DNA of 63,061 nt, the filler included, from Welwitschia mirabilis (lineage: Eukaryota), in the NCBI GenBank assembly GCA_051453625.1. It is 3 parts of one record of this genome, joined end to end, with 100 filler letters (N's around TTAATTAATTAA, not from the genome) between each part and the next. Parts side by side here need not be neighbours in the genome. Positions count along the whole stretch, not along the records: positions 1 to 28,444 come from JBOZIK010000001.1; positions 28,545 to 51,064 come from JBOZIK010000001.1; 1 more part is not named here. One strand, 5' to 3'. A program made the position numbers and the translations under genes. Positions 25,243 to 39,800 of the stretch are shown piece by piece. Position 1 is the stretch's first letter. Each line of letters starts with the position of its first letter. Under the pieces are notes generated by a model. The model was given only the letters and a program-made list of their open reading frames with translations, made no database searches and had not been told where the DNA came from.

Positions 25243-26321
25243 TGTTGTGCTTCTAACTTACACATATCTAATAGAGTATTTTGAGTTTTTTTACAAGATA
25301 ATAGATAGGTATATGCTTGATTTCCATAATAATTAAGAAATAAAATGAAATAGATAAAAAAATGTAATCTCTATGACATTTTTCAACATTTAGAGTAATT
25401 CTTAATATTTCCCATTTCTAAGACAAGCTTTCTATAAAACATTGGGACTGATGCATTGGATAAACATTTGTAAAAGCCCATCATCCACCTCATCATCTGG
25501 ATGACAGTATAGATAATAGAATAGCTGATGCTAATAAGGACATTGACTATGATCAAATCTGGCAATGATGTGAATTATTTATAAGGTAATATCATCTGGA
25601 TTACTAGATAAATAACACTATTGTAACCTCTCACTAGACATTCACCTAACTTTTTCCACTTATCTGTCTGTTTCTTTTGACACAACCATTAGGGTTTCAC
25701 CCACATTTGTTTGTCTATTTTATTGTGTATTTTTTGTTAATAAATATTAGTCTCATTCTTGAATCCTTCTGGTCTTTTTTTGCATTAGAAATTCTCATGA
25801 CATGAGATCAAAATGCTAGATATCCATCCTTATAATTGTAGAGAGATGTCTTCCTTGGTGTTAGGTGGCTCTTTCTCCATTAAGGTGTGGCTACTTTATA
25901 ACACGTATGTNNNNNNNNNNNNNNNNNNNNNNNNNNNNNNNNNNNNNATACATGTTTTTTCTTAATCCTTATAGCTTATGTTGCTTCTAATCCAGTGACA
26001 GTTTCTGGAGTAATATAGGTTATGAGAACCACCTTTGTTAAGGTTGTGCATTGTTAGTTTAGGTGCATTGCTATTTTCAATTTCTAGATTAGCTTTATAC
26101 AAGTATATTGCATTATACTTTTCATGCATTACAATGTATTTTTGTAGTTAGAATACAAAGTGTTTTCTTATGGAAATCAACTCTCTTATTCTAACCTAGG
26201 CCTTTAACAGATTATGACATCTAGGTTAACTACCATCTATATTAGTGTATTGTGTTTGTGCATATATTTGTGATTAACAGGATTTGACTAAGTATGTAAC
26301 ATTACATAAATATGAACCATA
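25243..26321 (+). repeat. 5' LTR of gypsy copy C
   Basis: Starts TGTTGTGCTTCTAACTTACACATAT and ends ...ACATAAATATGAACCATA. Shares the internal block TTAAGGTGTGGCTAC with copy A. Confidence 0.8.
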
Positions 26322-27087
26322 ACATCTTAGCTCCATTNNNNNNNNNNNNNNNNNNNNNNNNNNNNNNNNNNNNNNNNNNNNNNNNNNNNNNNNNNNNNNN
26401 NNNNNNNNNNNNNNNNNNNNNNNNNNNNNNNNNNNNNTTAGCTCCATTATTGAGAAAGACTACTTGGAGTTTGAGAGTTATTATTACTCTGGTGAGTATT
26501 TGGATTTTGCTTTAGATGCTTACCTAGAGTAGCATTATATGTTTATTTGTAGTAGCTTAAGATTTCTTTTTGTAGTATTAGTTTTTCTATTTTGAAATAA
26601 AAGTTTTTTTCTATTCTGTAATAAAAAGTTGGTCATCCACTTTATTGTTTAGATGACATGCAGTGACAATGGCCTCTGTGTCATGAGTTTTCTATTTTTT
26701 GTTTTGTCAAATATTTTTAGGATTTTTCCTATCGTTCTCTCTATCACATAGTTAATCTATGTGAATGACAATCTACTATCATGTTTTCTTTTTCTGTCAG
26801 TGTCTATTTCTGTTTTCTTCTTTTTCTATTTTTTTTGTTTTCTATNNNNNNNNNNNNNNNNNNNNNNNNNNNNNNNNNNNNNNNNNNNNNNNNNNNNNNN
26901 NNNNNNNNNNNNNNNNNNNNNNNAGAGTAGTTGTTCATTAAGAAAAATATTCAATAAGATTTTATTAACCTTGAAGATAACTTAAGTAAGCACAATAAAG
27001 GTCTACTTTTATTTTTTTTAGAGTCTAATTTTGCTAAAGAAATTTTTTTTGGAAGATTGTGTCAATGATAGTTTTCAATTTGCAACC

Positions 27088-28444
27088 ATGTCTAACTCAT
27101 CAAAAAAACAAAAGCAACCTGTTTTACTAAATCCACCCCTTATCATTGGAATCCCTACAATCACACCTATTTGAAGTAATGCCAATGTCACCTTTAGAAA
27201 TCTAATCGCCAATAAAAAACATGAAATTCAAACCCATTTTGATTTACCTCCTGGTAATGATGTTGAGTTAGAAACTTAAATGCGTATCCTATTTCTAGTG
27301 GAGAACTTAATGAAAACCCTTTACAACACATTGCCAACATAGCATAAGTAGCTTTCACTTTAGGAAATGGTAAAAAAATAAAAAGTGATAAAACCTACAT
27401 GGTCATCTTTCCTATCACTTTAAAAGGTAAGGCTAAATTTTAATTAAGAATGATTCCTCACAAAATTTTAAAATCATGAAGTCAAGTTCAAAAAGCCTTC
27501 ATAAAAAGATTTATAAGTGAAACCATCATTCAAAAATGTAAGAAAGAAGTAACCAACTTCTAAGAAATGCCTAATGAAAACTATGCCTCTACTTATGAGA
27601 GATTGTTTCTTGCTTTACATTTAAATCCTGTAGATGCTTTCTCTCAAGAAGAACTAAAGACTTCTTTTATAGTGGATTAAACAATCAAATAAAACAACTA
27701 GTTGATGTTCTATGTGGAAGTAATTTATTGAACTTAGCTTTAGAAAATTCTTAGAAAGTGTTTGAAGAATTAGTGAAAGTAAGTCAAACTTGGCTAAACC
27801 CTCACCTAGAGAAAACCAAACTATAGGTTAAATCATTAAGGATATTAAGGAGGTTAAACATGAACAAGAAGAAATAAGAACTAAAAATGAACTAACAAAT
27901 GATATTAAGGATTTTACGTCAACTTTGGAAAAATATACTCAAGTGGTTTTAGATGTAAAGGTGGCAATTGAAAAGAGTGTAGTTGTGGCTTCTATTTATG
28001 ATTTGTATGAAGATAATTATCATATTACAAATAAATATCCTTTACTTCCAACTTATAAAGAAAGAATTTATGAAGAAGTATGTGCTTTCAACCAAAAATC
28101 TTCAAACTACAACTAAAAACAAAACCAAGGACAAGTTTAAAATTACAACTTTCAACCTAGGATGAGTAGACAATTAAACTTTAAAAATTTTCAAATAAAC
28201 CATCTTAACTTCTCGCCTTTTGAAAAAATATTTAAGAACTTAAACTTCCAATCTAACAATTCAAACAATCAAGCAAACTCATACGACTTCCAAAGTGAAA
28301 GTTATCCTCTTAGGAATTCTATTAATGAGTTGAGAAAAATAAAACAAAACAAATGAGTTGAGAAAAATAAACAAAACAAAAAAAAACTCAAACATTGAAA
28401 ATCTTGTGAGTATTTTATAATAAACCATGCTTGCTAACCGAAAC
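27088..28444 (+). pseudogene. Gypsy gag remnant (copy C)
   Basis: Colinear with 10613-11945, with multiple stops. The ORF-track fragments at 27925-28356 are parts of it. Confidence 0.85.
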
Positions 28445-28544
28445 NNNNNNNNNNNNNNNNNNNNNNNNNNNNNNNNNNNNNNNNNNNNTTAATTAATTAA
28501 NNNNNNNNNNNNNNNNNNNNNNNNNNNNNNNNNNNNNNNNNNNN
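28445..28544. other. Artificial scaffold linker (44 N + TTAATTAATTAA + 44 N)
   Basis: Exactly 100 bp. The 12-mer gives stops in all six frames. An identical structure occurs at 51065-51164. Confidence 0.95.
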
Positions 28545-30854
28545 TTGCATAATGGGATTATTTAATTTTAAATGTTTGGATAGTTTTTCTCATAAAACCT
28601 TTAACATAATTTTTATCATTTCCATGGTAAATTATAAAGATTACAAACTAAGATTAATTTTAAAATGATATCCTATTTTGATAAGGAATTTAAATAAGGA
28701 TAACTAATCATGTAACTAAAAGATTAATACACTTAATGTTTAATTAAATTAGGTTTACAAAATATGGAATATTATGGTCTCTCTCACTTAAAACCTTATA
28801 AGAAGTTTCGTTTATACAATTATTTTCTTAAAACCTTTTACTTAGAAATTATTAAATTTCATTCCCTTAAGCTTTTCCATTTCTGCCTTCCATTTCCTAA
28901 CAAATCCACCAAACTAATAAACCATCCATCTAGGCCATTTATCTATGAATTCTTAAGACTTACAGACCCAGGTTGATGGCCCCCTAAACAAAAACTAATA
29001 ATAAATAATCTTGTATCACCTAAGTCATGGTTATAATTAAGTTTACTTATGGGTTTTTAAGGGAGATTTATACTTATTTTGAGTGTGATGATTAAGAAAG
29101 AATTTTCTTAATATCTTGATTTTGATAAAAACTTAGTTAAAAAGGTGGGATCTATTCTCATGTATGTTTTTTAAGTTAAAGCCTTTGATGGAGATAATAT
29201 TTGATGGAGATAATATTTGCATTGATTAGGCTAATGAGACAATGACTTCTTAAATGTGTATAAAAAATGAATATGAGAAGATGAACAAGAGAAAACAGTA
29301 TATTTCTTCTCAAAATACATATAACTTAAATTACTTAATTGGGTTTAGTTAACTGTGTTAAGGCTATTAACGCTTACTGGTAATTTATCTCTAACGATCT
29401 AATTTATGACATGTTCAACTACGTTAGGGCTATAGGCACTTGTTGGTAATGTAGAACTAACTTATTCACACATCAACATGCTTAATTATTTTAGAGGAAG
29501 ATGTTATAACACTAGATTCTCAATGTGATTTAAAGGCTTAAAACTAAAAACATATATGTTGATAGGAATGAAAAATGAAGGACAGAAAAACATGGGAATT
29601 GGAGGCTTTTTGTGTTTGTTATCTTTCAAATNNNNNNNNNNNNNNNNNNNNNNNNNNNNNNNNNNNNNNNNNNNNNNNNNNNNNNNNNNNNNNNNNNNNN
29701 NNNNNNNNNNNNNNNNNNNNNNNNNNNNNNNAATTGAAGGCTTTTTGTGTTTTGTTATCTTTCAAATTTTCATAATTATGGATTTGGTATAATCTCTTGA
29801 ATTTATATAGTTACTTGATAAGACTACAATTAATTGATGTTAATATTCACTACAAAAATACAAAAATATAATAAAGGCCATTATTTTAGATAAGTTTATT
29901 CATTTATTCAATGGATATGGTTAAGTTCATTGTCACATTTTCATTATCCATCTTCATCAATCATTCCAACTTATTCCCCCTTCATAAAAATAAAGTTTTT
30001 AAGGTTTAGCCTTTTACTTAGGGTTTTAAGAAAAGAAATAAAATGATTGCTATTTAGCATTAAGTAGATTTATCATTTCATGACTTAGCTACATCATTTT
30101 GCATTGTTTTTGATAAAAGGAATTTTCACAATCTTTCTAAAAACTATGTTCTCAGAATAATTTAACACTTTTTATAATATAACTTTAAGAATAAATTTTA
30201 GTTTTGGTTAGAAGGTATGACATCCATTTTTTTCACAAAAATTTTTATTTTGATGCCTTAGTTGTAGAAAATTGGTCATAAAATTTTTCCAAATTTATAA
30301 TATTTTCACACTTGAGTGCTTCAACTTAGAAAAATTTTCCATGTTCAACCATATTGTCATTAAACTTTTGCTAGCAAAAGTCTAGTTAGGGATGTGTTAA
30401 CATGTAAAAATTCATATTTATGTCAAGAGTTTTAGGTCCATTTTATATAAATGAAGACATTAATTTAATGTTTTAAACATAAAATATGTCTTCTATTATA
30501 TTTAAAATAAATATTTAATACTATGCTTTTGTTCATGATAGTTGCAAATCTTTAGCCACATTTTTAAACACATGGTGGAAGATGGATATAGTTCCAAATA
30601 AAATAACTATGGCAATGGAGAAATAAAGTGACAACATGTAGCAGTAGCATTAGAAGACATGTGGCATATGAATGTGGAGGTGGCATTTTAAACATGTGGT
30701 GATGACATTAGTTGGTAGAGGGATTTAGATCCAGAGGCCACAAGTTAGACTCATCATAATGAAGATTTAGCCTAGTCTTTATTTGATAATCTTCATCAAA
30801 CACTATAAGGTAACCTTTACCAAATGATAAATCATGAAGATTTTGCCTAATGCT

Positions 30855-33800
30855 ATATGCAAGTGGATTGAAGACTAATGAAAAGGTTTGTGATTTCATC
30901 TGAAATGGATAAATCTTCCTTTCCTTACATTTTATGCTTTTGATTACTTGATCTAGTTATACTTCTTATAGTGTGTTGCATAACTAGTGCTAATTAGATT
31001 GTTACAAATTTATTACCTATCATGGCATACTAAAATTTCACATGATTGATTACTCTTTGTCAAAAAAAAATTATGTGTTTTATTCCTCTTCTTCCTTCTT
31101 TCTTACATTCTTCTCATTTTTCTAGTACATTTCTTCACAATTCCACCTTTTTCTTTAGCAATTGATGATTAATTTCTATTTTATCCTTTTTAATAGTATT
31201 ATATTTATTTTTAAATATGTTATTTACATTTATTTAAAATCAAAATTATTACATGAATTATTCTCTCTTATTTCGTCTCTTCTCAAAATCAAAGTAGAAC
31301 AGTAAATGTTAGTGTTTGTTATGAACATAATGCTTTTTTTCTTCAAATATAATGGTTCTAAAATTTTGTTAGTAACTTCTTCTTATTATTTACAAAGTTT
31401 TACCCTTAATTAGTCATAAACCCTATTTTGGCCATTTATAGTCAAAGTGGAAGTTTTNNNNNNNNNNNNNNNNNNNNNNNNNNNNNNNNNNNNNNNNNNN
31501 NNNNNNNNNNNNNNNNNNNNNNNNNNNNNNNNNNNNNNNNNNNNNNNNNNNNNNNNNTGTTTGTTATGACCATAATTCTTTGTTTTTTCAAATATAATGA
31601 TTCTAAAATTTTGTTAGTAACTTATTCTTATTATTTACAAACTTTTACCCTTAATTAGTCATAAACCCTATTTTAGCCATTTATAGTCAAAGTGGAAGTT
31701 TTACTTAGAAAAATTTCTAAACTATGAAATATTAACTTTCTTATTTTTGCACAGTAAATTTTTCTATCAGTATTACCATGTTTTGAAAAATTCAAAATCC
31801 TATATTTCATTATTTGTTGCTTATTTTCAGAATATACAATATGTTTTTTAATCAAGTTCTATAGTTTTTATAATATTTTTGGTCAACATAAATTGACAGT
31901 AATTTTTACAGTTCATTCTAGATAAACTATTTTTATCAATTTCAATTGGTTTTATTTGATTTTGAATGTTTGGTTCTAGAGACTTTTTTTTGGGCATATC
32001 CAAATAATTTTGTAGGTATTAAGAATTTATAATTTGATTCTCCTAAATTTTCTCTCTTTTCCCTTTTAGTTCTTTCTATTGGTCAAAATAACTTTAAAAT
32101 TGACTAAGTGCTACTTTGACTTAATAAACATTCATATGCTAGTTTTTATAAATAACCTCATTTTAGTGATTTAATGCCTTTATAACCCATTTCATAATAA
32201 GTAGAAAGTTATCTAACAAGTTAATTGTATTGCAATTTAGTGAAAATCTTGATTAAGTCAAAAGGTTTATGATGTCAATTTGAAGAATCCATCTTTTTAA
32301 GTATTATCTTTTGATTCCAGGTTTTTGTACATTTTGTATAGAATAAAATGTAATGTTTAATTACTTAATTATATCTACATGAAATGAGTTTAAGTAATGA
32401 ACTTTCTAAGGAAAATTATTTTTGTATAAAAATGACTTTAGTAGCTTTATCTGTTTAAATTATCTTGCTTGTTTGTTTGATTATAACTAAGCTTTAGCAT
32501 GATAGTGAATATGTATAAAATATTATTTATTTTTACTTTATTATATTTTATTTTTTTATATCTCATGGAATTACACTTTTATACATGTAGTTAATTACAA
32601 TAATTATAATTTAGGTGTTATAAGCACTTGTATGTCATATGAAAGAAATAGTTGTTTTATAATGTAAAGTGATACTTTGATAAGATAGTATTAATGTTTT
32701 TATATGAATTCATGTCAATTGATTTATCGATTCAATACTCATGTGCTTCTATTATATATACAATTTTACCTAAGAGATTTATTTTTATTGTAAATTAAAC
32801 TTTTTATACTTGATTTTCTTTCTCTAAGTTAAATTATCATGTTAACTATACGTTTATTTTTGTGAAGGCTCAAAATGTGATCTTCTCATTTTAAAAATTG
32901 AGTTTTTCCTTTATTGAAAATTGGTATCATTGTTAGGGTACATTTGTTATTTTTGTATGAAATATTATACCTTTTTTGAGAATTTAAATACACTAATTAG
33001 AAGTTGCTTGATTTTAGGTGATTTTTATATTACAATTGCATTGATGAAATCTTAAGTACTACGTTAGTCCAACAAGCCTTCCCAATGCATATGTTCCAAC
33101 TTTCACTACTTTTTTGTGCATCTCTTTTTCTTTTCAATACTATGCATTTATGAGTAGAATTTGAATTCATACTAGTAAATAGTTATATAGTTATGAACTA
33201 TGTTTATTACTTAGTCCATGTTCATCTTTATTTTGATTCATATTTTGAATGAAAATATGATAATTTATCTTTTTATTTTCTTTGAAAGTTAAGAATAATA
33301 GTAACTTTTTTGAATGATGAAATGATAGCTAGAGGTCTCACATAGTTATATTTAGGAGAGCTAGGAGCTTTTAGGAGGACCTACTCCTATTTTTTCCACA
33401 AAAATTATCAATTTAAAAAAAAATATTTTCATTTTTTATCTTAATTTTTATTTTTTCTTTCAATAAATTATGATCAATCTATGTATTTTTCACCTAAAAA
33501 TCCTAGTTTTCATTGAAGTTGGAAGATATAACTAGTGGTTTCTTAAGTTTTAAACCTCCATATTTTTTAAATATTTTATACTTAATGCTTGATTATTTTT
33601 ATGTGATAGTGTTTATTTTTCATATGTAAAGCCTAAATGCTTTAGTATCTTATGTAACATTATCTGATAATATGATATTTGAGTGTATTTCATTTCATTT
33701 AGCTTATGTTCATGATTTTATTTACTTCTTGCAAATGAATCAAACTTTCAATTTGTATATTAATGAATAAAAGACTGAAGTTTCTAATGTTCCTATATTT

Positions 33801-36800
33801 TAATTACTATCTCCTATGACATTACATAATTATGCCTTTATGATTACTAGTATTATTGCTTTGAATATTGTTTTATTTACACCACCAACATTTAAATCCA
33901 TAACCATCTACATGAGCTATGAACAACTTTATTAATTGTAAGCTTTATTCCTCTTCTTGTTCTAACTTACATAAGATATNNNNNNNNNCTAATTGAGGTG
34001 TTATGAATCTTAAGTTTTTGATAAATAAGGTATTAATAGTCATAATTTTACATTACTTTTCAAATTATGATATTGCACTTAGAGGTATTTTTATACTTTT
34101 GAAGTGATAGGAACCTTAAATAATCAATGAGCTTAAAAATATTTTAAAGCTATTCATGATAATTGTAATCAAGAGATCAATATAGAGGATGAAAATGCAG
34201 AGCATGAAGGACTACTTCAACCTATCAGCTTTGTAAATGATTAATAATCTCTTTTCCATTATTATATCTCATTCACTTGCTAATACAATAATTGTAACTT
34301 ATTTTGACATTACATGTATGATTTTTAATAACATCAAAGACTTTTAGGACATTAGTATTTAGAAATTTGCATTCTAGAAGCTATAATTTACACATTTCTA
34401 GTTATTTTTAAGTTAAATNNNNNNNNNNNNNNNNNNNNNNNNNNNNNNNNNNNNNNNNNNNNNNNNNNNNNNNNNNNNNNNNNNNNNNNNNNNNNNNNNN
34501 NNNNNNNNNNNNNNNNNNAAGCTATAATTTACACATTTCTAGTTATTTTTAAGTTAAATTTGATTTTTTCATGTACTATAAGTTATAAGAGATAAAATTG
34601 AGTCTATTTAACTTATAAAAATTAAGATAAATATTTTTAAAACTACCTATAGCAATGTAGTACTATTTTCATGAGTAAATTCGCAGTGTTCCCCATTAAA
34701 CCATTTCCACTATGTTCACATATAACACATGTGAAAATGTGATGGTTTTAGTAGATCTATGATCTCAAATGAATCAAAATGCACCTATAAAATCTTTCCT
34801 TAATGCTAAAATGTAAATAGAAATGTTATTATACTCAATTTATGTCATTTCAATGTGACATAAGCCATTTTTAAGCATTGGAAGAAGATTTCCTACTTTA
34901 ATTCTCTTATATGTATTCATTTCCAACTTGATCTTCTCTTTATATTCTCTTNNNNNNNNNNNNNNNNNNNNNNNNNNNNNNNNNNNNNNNNNNNNNNNNN
35001 NNNNNNNNNNNNNNNNNNNNNNNNNNNNNNNNNNNNNNNNNNNNNNNNNNNNNNNNNNNNNNNNNNNNNNNNNNNNNNNNNNNNNNNNNNNNNNNNNNNN
35101 NNNNNNNNNNNNNNNNNNNNNNNNNNNNNNNNNNNNNNNNNNNNNNNNNNNNNNNNNNNNNNNNNNNNNNNNNNNNNNNNNNNNNNNNNNNNNNNNNNNN
35201 NNNNNNNNNNNNNNNNNNNNNNNNNNNNNNNNNNNNNNNNNNNNNNNNNNNNNNNNNNNNNNNNNNNNNNNNNNNNNNNNNNNNNNNNNNNNNNNNNNNN
35301 NNNNNNNNNNNNNNNNNNNNNNNNNNNNNNNNNNNNNNNNNNNNNNNNNNNNNNNNNNNNNNNNNNNNNNNNNNNNNNNNNNNNNNNNNNNNNNNNNNNN
35401 NNNNNNNNNNNNNNNNNNNNNNNNNNNNNNCTTACAACTTTATCTTCTCTTTATATCCTCTTTGGAAGCCTTATATATTATTCATTCATATCTTTTTCTA
35501 CTACATAAATCCATTATGAGTCTGTCACATACTTTAATATTCCATTTTGTATTCCCATTTCTTCCATTTTTATGCATCTAAAGGATATTATAGGGGTAGT
35601 GAAGTGCATATTAATAGATGGTGTAGGAAGGTTAAGAAGGCATTAAATCTTGTAAACAATTATATTGAATACTAATGAAAAGGGTTACTATTTTATCTAA
35701 AACTAACAAGTGTCATTTTACTCANNNNNNNNNNNNNNNNNNNNNNNNNNNNNNNNNNNNNNNNNNNNNNNNNNNNNNNNNNNNNNNNNNNNNNNNNNNN
35801 NNNNNNNNNNNNNNNNNNNNNNNNAAATCTTGTAACAATTATATTGAAGACTAATGAAAAGGGTTACTATTTTATCTAAAACTAACAAGTGTTATTTTAC
35901 TCATGTTTTTATTCTTCTAATTACTTAACTTATGCATTTTTATCATGCTTTTCTTTCAATCTAGTTAGACTTCTTAAAGTATGTTGCATAAGCAATGCTA
36001 ATTAGATTGTTATACATTTAATACCAATCATGTCATACTAAAATTTTGCATGGTTGGTCAGTCTTTATCAAAGAAAACATGTATTTTATTGCTCTTTTTT
36101 CTTCTCTCCTTCATTCTTCTCATTTTGATAGTAATTTATTCACAATTCCACCTTTTTTATTAAGTGATTACTAAGGACTTTCTATTTTATACTTGAATAG
36201 TATTATATTGATTTGCGTATATGTTCTTTAAATTTATTTGAAATTAAAATTATTTAGTCTTACATAAATTATTCTCTCTTCTTTCTGCTCCTCAAAATTA
36301 ATGTATAATAGTAAATTTAGTGCTTGTTTTGGCTATAATGCTTTTTTTGCAACTCTAATGGTTTTGAAGCTTTATTAATAGCTTTCTCTCATGATTTAAC
36401 AACTTTATGTCTCAATTAGTCAAAAACCCCTTTTTTTGATTATTTATAGTAAAGTTTGAAGTCTTACTTGGAAAAACGTCTCAACTAGGAAATATTAATT
36501 TTCTTATTTTTGCACAGTGAAATTTTCTATCATTATTGATGTGTTTTTAGAAATTCAAGATTGTAACTTTAATTATCAAAATATAAAATCCATTTTTAAA
36601 AGTTTTATAGTTGTCTTAATAGTCTTAGTCAAAGTAAAATTGATTGTAATTTTTGTGTTTTTTCAAGTTAAATTATCAATTTCAATCAATTCTACTTAAT
36701 CTTGAATGTATAATTCTATAAACTTGTTTTATAGCATATTATGATTATTTTAAAGGTTCTTAAAATTTTTAAGTCTATTCTTCTAAATTTTTTCTCTCCA

Positions 36801-39800
36801 TTTTCTCTCTCTCTCTCTTATTTCTTTTACCTCTTTTTATTGGTAAAAATTTTCTCTTCTTTATTTTACCTCTTTGCTATTTTTTATAAATTAGCTATTA
36901 ATTTAGAATCTAACCTAGATATTTTAGTACTCTTATAACTCATTTCATGATAAGTAAAGAAATATCTTTTAAGTCAGTTATACTATAATTTAGTGAAAAT
37001 CTTGATAAAGTCAAAATGTTTTCTATGTCAATTTGAAGAACCTAGCTTTCTATGTACTATCTTTTAATTTGAAGTTATTATACATTTCATGTAGAATAAA
37101 ATTTGATGTTTGAATTACTTAATTACATCTGTGTTAAATGATTTTAAGTAATAAACTTTTCAAGAAAGATTATTTTTGTATGAAAATAACTTTAATAGAT
37201 TTAACTATTTAAATTTTATTACTTGTTTATTTGAGTTAAAAGTAATCTTGAAAATTATAGTGAATATTTATAAATAATTATTTCTTTTTGTTTTATTGTA
37301 TTTTATTTTTCACATCTTATGAAATTACATTTTTTTCACATGTAGTCATTTATGATAATTATAAGTCATGTGTTATACTTACTTGTATGTTACATCAAAA
37401 AAAATAGTTGCCTTATTATGTAAAGTGATAGTTTGATAAGATAATATTAATGTTTCTATATGAATTTATGTCAAGTGTTTCATTGATTTAATACTCATGT
37501 GTTTCCACCATATACGCAATTTGACCTAAAAGATTTCTTTATGTTGTAATTTGAACTTTTTATACTTGATTTGCTTTTCCAATGTTGAATTATCATGTTA
37601 AGCATACATTTATTTTTGTAAAGGCTCAAAACATGCTCTCATCATTTAAAAACTGATTTTTTTTCATTCAAAATTGATGGTGTTATGAGGGAATACTTGC
37701 TATTTTCATATGAAATATTATACATTTCTTTAAGAACTTACATACATCAATTGAAAATTGCTTGATTTTAGGTTATTTTTATATTACAATTACATTAANN
37801 NNNNNNNNNNNNNNNNNNNNNNNNNNNNNNNNNNNNNNNNNNNNNNNNNNNNNNNNNNNNNNNNNNNNNNNNNNNNNNNNNNNNNNNNNNNNNNNNNNCT
37901 ATATGAATTTATGTCAAGTGTTTCATTGATTTAATACTCATGTGTTTCCACTATATATGCAATTTGACCTAAAAGATTTCTTTATGTTGTAATTTGAAAT
38001 TTTTATACTTGATTTGCTTTTTCAATGTTGAATTATCATGTTAAGCATACATTTATTTTTGTAAAGGCTTAAAACATGCTCTCCTCATTTAAAAATTGAG
38101 TTTTTTTCATTCAAAATTAATGGTGTTATGAGGGAATACTTGCTATTTTCATATGAAATATTATACTTTTCTTTAAGAACTTACATACATTCAATTGAAA
38201 ATTACTTGATTTTAGGTTATTTTTATATTACAATTACATTAATAAGATCTTAACCACTTAATTAATCCAACAAGCCTTCTAGGTGCACACATTCTAACTT
38301 TTACCACTTTTTTTTGTATCTCTTTTTCTTTTTGATACTATGGATTCATAAGTAAATTTTGGATTTATAGTAATAAACATTTACATACTTGTGAGTCATC
38401 TTTATTACATATTTCATGCTAATATTTATTTTAATTCATATTTTTGATGTAAATATGATAAAATCTAAAAAAGTTTAAAAATAATTTATTTATGCTTTTG
38501 TTTTCTTTAAAACTTAAAATTATTGGTAACTTTTTTAAATGATGGAATAATAGCTAAGGATTTCATGTTCTTCTATTTATAAGGATTATGATCTTTATGC
38601 AGAAAACACTCTTATTCATTTTCTAAACATTATTAATTCAAAGAAAATAGTTTTATTTTTTTTATTAATTTTTCTTTTCCTTTACTAAACTATGATCAAG
38701 CTATGTAATTTTCATTTAGAAATCCTAGTTTTCATTTAAGTTGGGGGTATAACTAGTTGTTTTGTAAGTTTTAAACCTCCATCTTTATTAATATTTTATA
38801 TTTAACACTTGGTCGTTTTTATATGATAGTGTTTATTTTTCATATGTGAAGTTTGTATGCTTCACTATCTTATGTAATACTATTTTATGATATGATATTT
38901 GAATGTATTTCATTTCATTTAGCTTATGTCCATGTTTTTCCTTATTTTTTGTAAATGGATTAGACTTAATAAAACTTTCACTTTTATTTTGTAGATTAAT
39001 GAATAAAAGTTAAAGTTTCTAATGTTTTTAAATTTTAATTACTAGCTCCTCTGACATATACATCATTATGGTTTTATCATTATTGGTAGTTTTATTTATA
39101 AGACTAGCATTCATATCCATAGCCATCTACATGAGCTATGAATATCTTAATTATTAGTTAGTTTCATTCCTCTTATCATTATCACTTACACAAGACTTGT
39201 AAGAAAACTAGTTGATGGGGTGTCTTGAAGCCTAATTTTTGATGAAATAATGTATTAATAGTTATAATTTTACATTACTTTTTGGACTATAATATTGTGC
39301 TTATAGGTATTTTTGTACTTTTCAAGTTATAAGGACCTTAAACACTCAATGAGTTCAAAATGGTGCACTATGATATAATTTAAGGCTATTCATGATGATT
39401 ATGATTAGGAGGTCAATATCAAGGGAAAAAATGCAGAGCATGAAGGACCACTTAAAACTATCAGCTTTACAATATCTTATCCACTTAATAATGTATTAAT
39501 TTTAAGTCATTTTCACATGGGATGCTTGATATTGAATGACATCAAATACTCTCAAGACATTAGTACATGAAATTTACACTCCAAGAGCTATGATTTGTGG
39601 ATTTATAGTTATTTTTAAGTTAAATTTAAAGTTTCTATGTAATATTACTCATAAGAAGTAAAATTGAGTTATATTAACTTTTGGAAGTTAAGATAGTTAT
39701 TTTTTAAACTACCTATAATGCTACAGTGCAATTCACTTGAGCAAATTGACCTGTAGTTCCATTTAATAATTTTCACTATATTAACACATGCTAAAATGTA

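Larger units (their letters stand above)
25243..28444 (+). mobile_element. Athila-like gypsy copy C (5' LTR, PBS, 5' UTR, gag), cut by the scaffold end
   Basis: LTR at 25243-26321 is homologous to 8867-9911. Decayed PBS TAGCTCCATTATTGAGAA at 26439-26456. gag starts CAACCATGTCTAACTCATC at 27088, matching 10613. Confidence 0.88.

Noticed and set aside
8867..26321. LTRs of copies A and C as the two ends of one element
   Set aside because: Both are followed by a PBS and gag, so both are 5' LTRs. A lies inside the copia element and C lies outside it.
28326..28382. Short tandem duplication TGAGTTGAGAAAAATAAA(A)CAAAACAAA, and a similar 24-bp repeat at about 62446-62490
   Set aside because: Ordinary slippage duplications with no sign of function.
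28489..28500. TTAATTAATTAA palindrome, repeated at 51109-51120
   Set aside because: It is an artificial six-frame-stop linker centred in a 100-bp N spacer, so adjacency across it is not biological evidence.
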